From an uncultured Acidimicrobiaceae bacterium (GTDB lineage: Bacteria; Actinomycetota; Acidimicrobiia; Spongiisociales; ZC4RG35): a stretch of DNA of 49,939 nucleotides. Under the pieces are notes generated by a model, which saw only the letters and a list, made by a program, of their open reading frames with translations, was not told where the DNA came from and searched no databases. The stretch lies in contig CAZTXD010000007.1 in NCBI GenBank assembly GCA_964617995.1, positions 1 to 49,939 of the forward strand. Reading direction: 5' to 3'. Positions 47,286-49,939 of this stretch are shown one piece after another. Position numbers and translations under genes: made by a program. Within the stretch, counting starts at the first letter, position 1. Each line of letters begins with the position of its first letter.

Positions 47286-47820
47286 ACGGAACCTCATGCT
47301 CATCTTCCTGGCGCTGGCTCTGGGTGGTGCTCTTTTCTCACTCGATTTCGACCTTCCGGAGGCACGGCTGTTCCCGCTGATCACCGGGGTCATCACCTCG
47401 GTCCTGATAGTCGCCTACTTCGTCGTGATGTCGATTCCGGCCCTCAAGGAGCCATTGAACGCCTACCTCGAAGACGACATCTTCATGAAGATCAGCGCAG
47501 CCGCCGACGGTATCGGGGAGGCGGAAGCGGAGGAGGCCGCAGCGATCTCGCATCCCCGCAGCGAGGTGCCGGACCCAGTCCGTCGCCGTCGGGAACTCAT
47601 CCTCTTCGCCTACCTCGGGGGTTTCGGCCTCCTGGCGTGGATCGTCGGCCTGGCCATCGCCTCGCCGATCTTCCTGTTCGCGGTGATCTACGGCTACTCA
47701 CGCGACTCGCTCAAGAGAGCCGTCTTCGTCACTGTGGCCACGACCCTCTTCCTCCACGTCATGTTCGTCGAGGTGCTGAGGCTCCGACCCCATTTCGGTC
47801 TGCTGAGGAACCTGTTTTGA
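47272..47820 (+). CDS. tctB: Tripartite tricarboxylate transporter small subunit
   Basis: 4-5 TM segments, ARLFP motif, lies between tctA and tctC. Confidence 0.8.
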   Translation: MRPGERNLMLIFLALALGGALFSLDFDLPEARLFPLITGVITSVLIVAYFVVMSIPALKEPLNAYLEDDIFMKISAAADGIGEAEAEEAAAISHPRSEVPDPVRRRRELILFAYLGGFGLLAWIVGLAIASPIFLFAVIYGYSRDSLKRAVFVTVATTLFLHVMFVEVLRLRPHFGLLRNLF

Positions 47821-47890
47821 ACACCAGCGAGTTCACCCGCAAGAGAAAGGAAGGTGAGTCCGTGAGGACCACCCACAGGAAGGAGACGAT

Positions 47891-48898
47891 ATGAGAGAAA
47901 GACGAAGGCGCAGACCGGGCGTCATTGCCGTTGCGATGGTCCTGGTCCTCGGGCTGGTTGTCGCCGCATGCGGAGATGCTGGGGACGACTATCCCTCGGA
48001 GAACTTCACATGGGTTGTTCCGTACAGCCCGGGTGGAGGATTCGACACCTACTCGCGCGGATTCGCCGAGGTCATGGCCGCCACCCAACTCCCCGAAGGG
48101 GTCAACGTGAGTGTGGAGAACATCACTCCGATCGCGGAAGCCCTCAGCAGGGTCTACAACTCCGACTCGCATTACGAGCTGGCGATCCTGCCGATGCCGG
48201 CAGCCGCCGCCCAGGAGATCCAGTTCCCCGACATCGCCCAATGGGAGACCGACAACTTCACGATTCTCGGATCGATGGAGGAGAACGCCTACGTCGTCTA
48301 CGCGGCGGCCGACGGCCCGTACCAGTCCTATGAGGACCTGGACGGCGTCGCCGACCTCAGGGCTCTGACCGTGGAGCGAGGCTCGTCATCCGGGCTCGCA
48401 ACCGCGGTGGCGATCCGCTCACTTGGACTCGACGCCGACCTGACGTTTGGGGCTGAAGGTTCCCAGGAGGTGGGCACCGCCCTGTTGCGGGGCGACGTGG
48501 ACTTCATCGTCTACGGCACGAGCGACATGATCGGGTTCATAGAGTCCGGTGACATGATCCCCCTGCTCTTCCTGGGCGCTGAGGATCAGCGACCTGAGGG
48601 ATACGACTGGCTCACCGACGTTCCCAGTGTCGCCGACATCGGTTACCCGGAGTTGGTAGGCGCGGTTACGGAGATGAGAGTCATCGTTGGCCCGGCGAAC
48701 CTCCCCGACGATGTGGTCGAGGAGCTCGAGCAGATCGTCAGCGACACGCTGTTCGGTGAGGAGTTCGCGGCGTGGGCCGAGGAGGCCGACCGTCCGATCG
48801 TCCCCAGGGACGCAGCGTCGACCCGCGATGCGAGGCAGAACCAAATCGAAACGATGCAAGAGCTCGTTCCCCGACGGGCGGAGGATGGCCTGATCTAG
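47891..48898 (+). CDS. tctC: Tripartite tricarboxylate transporter substrate-binding lipoprotein (Bug/TctC)
   Basis: Lipobox VAAC, YPSE...VVPYSPGGGFD..SR, V.VEN, ALLRGDVD, DVPS....GY. Confidence 0.9.
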   Translation: MRERRRRRPGVIAVAMVLVLGLVVAACGDAGDDYPSENFTWVVPYSPGGGFDTYSRGFAEVMAATQLPEGVNVSVENITPIAEALSRVYNSDSHYELAILPMPAAAAQEIQFPDIAQWETDNFTILGSMEENAYVVYAAADGPYQSYEDLDGVADLRALTVERGSSSGLATAVAIRSLGLDADLTFGAEGSQEVGTALLRGDVDFIVYGTSDMIGFIESGDMIPLLFLGAEDQRPEGYDWLTDVPSVADIGYPELVGAVTEMRVIVGPANLPDDVVEELEQIVSDTLFGEEFAAWAEEADRPIVPRDAASTRDARQNQIETMQELVPRRAEDGLI

Positions 48899-48997
48899 CT
48901 GCCTCCCGTGGGGCGGCCTGTCGCCGTGGCCCGCGGTCACGGCGACTGGCCGCCCAACGCAGCCGGAGACGCCAGATGGAAATCGATGGAGGTGGAT

Positions 48998-49657
48998 GTG
49001 CCTGAGCCGTCCTGGCGGGAGGTGATGTCCACCGAGGACGAGGCCGTCCTCGCCGGGTATGCGCGGCCCCGCCGCGCTTTCTCGGGGACGGCACCGACAC
49101 TCGTCGTGATCGACGTGACCGAGTCTTTCTTCGGGCCCGACCTGCCAGTTCTGGAGGCGCAGAAAACGACCCGACAAGCGTGCGGCAGCCGGGCCTGGCG
49201 GACCCTTCCCTGGACGACGCGGATCCTAGGGCACTTCCGCCAGCATTCATTGCCGGTCGTGTTTACCGTCCCGGACGCCAACCAGTCGTGGGCGGGAGCC
49301 GCAACACGAGGAGCCGTGAGCGCTTCCCAGGCCACGACGCTGATGATCGAACCTGAGCCCGGGGAGACGGTTATCGCCAAGGCCAAGGCCAGCGCCTTCT
49401 TCGGCACCTCCCTCATCAGCGGGCTGCTGAGTCGACGCTGCGACTCGGTGGTGTTGGCGGGAGGGACCACTTCGGGCTGTGTGAGGGCCACAGCCGTGGA
49501 CGCCACCTCCTACGGATTCGACGTGTTGGTTCCTGAGGAGGCCTGTTTCGATCGGGCCGCTTTGAGTCACGCCGTCGCCCTCCGCGAGATCGAAGCCAAG
49601 TACGGCCGTGTCCTTCCCGCCGAGGAGGTCATCAGGCTCGTCTCGTATCACTCCTGA
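48998..49657 (+). CDS. Isochorismatase-family cysteine amidase (maleamate amidohydrolase/N-carbamoylsarcosine amidase-like)
   Basis: LVVID, K.KASAFFGT, GTTSGCVRATAVDA, EACFDR...H..AL.....KYG. Start GTG 48998 or ATG 48986. Confidence 0.9.
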   Translation: MPEPSWREVMSTEDEAVLAGYARPRRAFSGTAPTLVVIDVTESFFGPDLPVLEAQKTTRQACGSRAWRTLPWTTRILGHFRQHSLPVVFTVPDANQSWAGAATRGAVSASQATTLMIEPEPGETVIAKAKASAFFGTSLISGLLSRRCDSVVLAGGTTSGCVRATAVDATSYGFDVLVPEEACFDRAALSHAVALREIEAKYGRVLPAEEVIRLVSYHS

Positions 49658-49850
49658 CGCGGATTCGGACGTCGCCGCCTCGGATGTTGGCGTTCGGGAG
49701 GTGCTGTCCCTATCGAGTCTCCCACTGGATGCCATCGTCGAAGCTGGCCGATCCCTTGGGTGCGATACCGTCTTGTCCGAACCTCAGCCACGAGCAGGAC
49801 TTCACCCGCAGTTCTTGTGGTCGATCGGTTCCTCTCGGTCGCGCGCTCGG

Positions 49851-49872
49851 TGTCACACCCCGGTCGTAGATT
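49851..49872 (+). promoter_or_regulatory. PafBC/RecA-NDp-type promoter motif
   Basis: TGTCAC-N10-TAGATT upstream of an RBS (AGGAGGG) and ATG 49902. Confidence 0.65.
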
Positions 49873-49901
49873 TCGGCTGCACCACGACAGGAGGGAACCC
49901 G

Positions 49902-49939
49902 ATGAAACTGTTCGTCGCCACCGAAGCAACCGATGAAAC
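49902..49939 (+). CDS. Hypothetical protein, 5' fragment (MKLFVATEATDE...)
   Basis: Good RBS, ATG, open to the window end. Too short to assign. Confidence 0.5.
   Translation, partial: MKLFVATEATDE

Noticed and set aside
49899-49939. CCGATGAAAC repeated twice at the window end
   Set aside because: A 10-bp repeat cut by the edge that cannot be distinguished from chance.

Overview
High-GC, actinobacterial-looking DNA (inferred from lipoprotein-anchored binding proteins, luciferase-like (LLM) oxidoreductases and PafBC-type promoter motifs). Three catabolic modules surround an accessory stretch. (A) 1-10.2 kb: a molybdenum hydroxylase with two tandem large subunits, a split NitT/TauT ABC importer, an amidohydrolase_2 enzyme and GntR. 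(B) 10.5-19.8 kb: an LLM oxidoreductase, a UrtR-type MarR, hydantoinase/oxoprolinase A+B, SDR, EamA, an aminotransferase and an HpcH aldolase. (C) 32.6-49.7 kb: two divergent operons with a second Mo-hydroxylase, CoxG, an atypical alpha/beta hydrolase, a dihydroorotase-like enzyme, LLM, Rid, a bicupin, an AAA+ ATPase, M20, MFS, GntR, TctABC and an isochorismatase-family amidase. Each module has its own repeated operator-like palindrome. Two signals stand out: (1) an orphan TRIP13/Pch2 (CBASS Cap6)-like ATPase coupled inside the catabolic operon, with no HORMA or CD-NTase gene in the window; (2) a ~380-nt, nested, G-U-rich structured non-coding region (25387-25769) directly downstream of a PafBC/RecA-NDp-type DNA-damage promoter motif, a motif that occurs three times in the window. 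No rRNA, tRNA, transposase or CRISPR array was recognised. All family calls come from reading motifs by eye, not from database searches.
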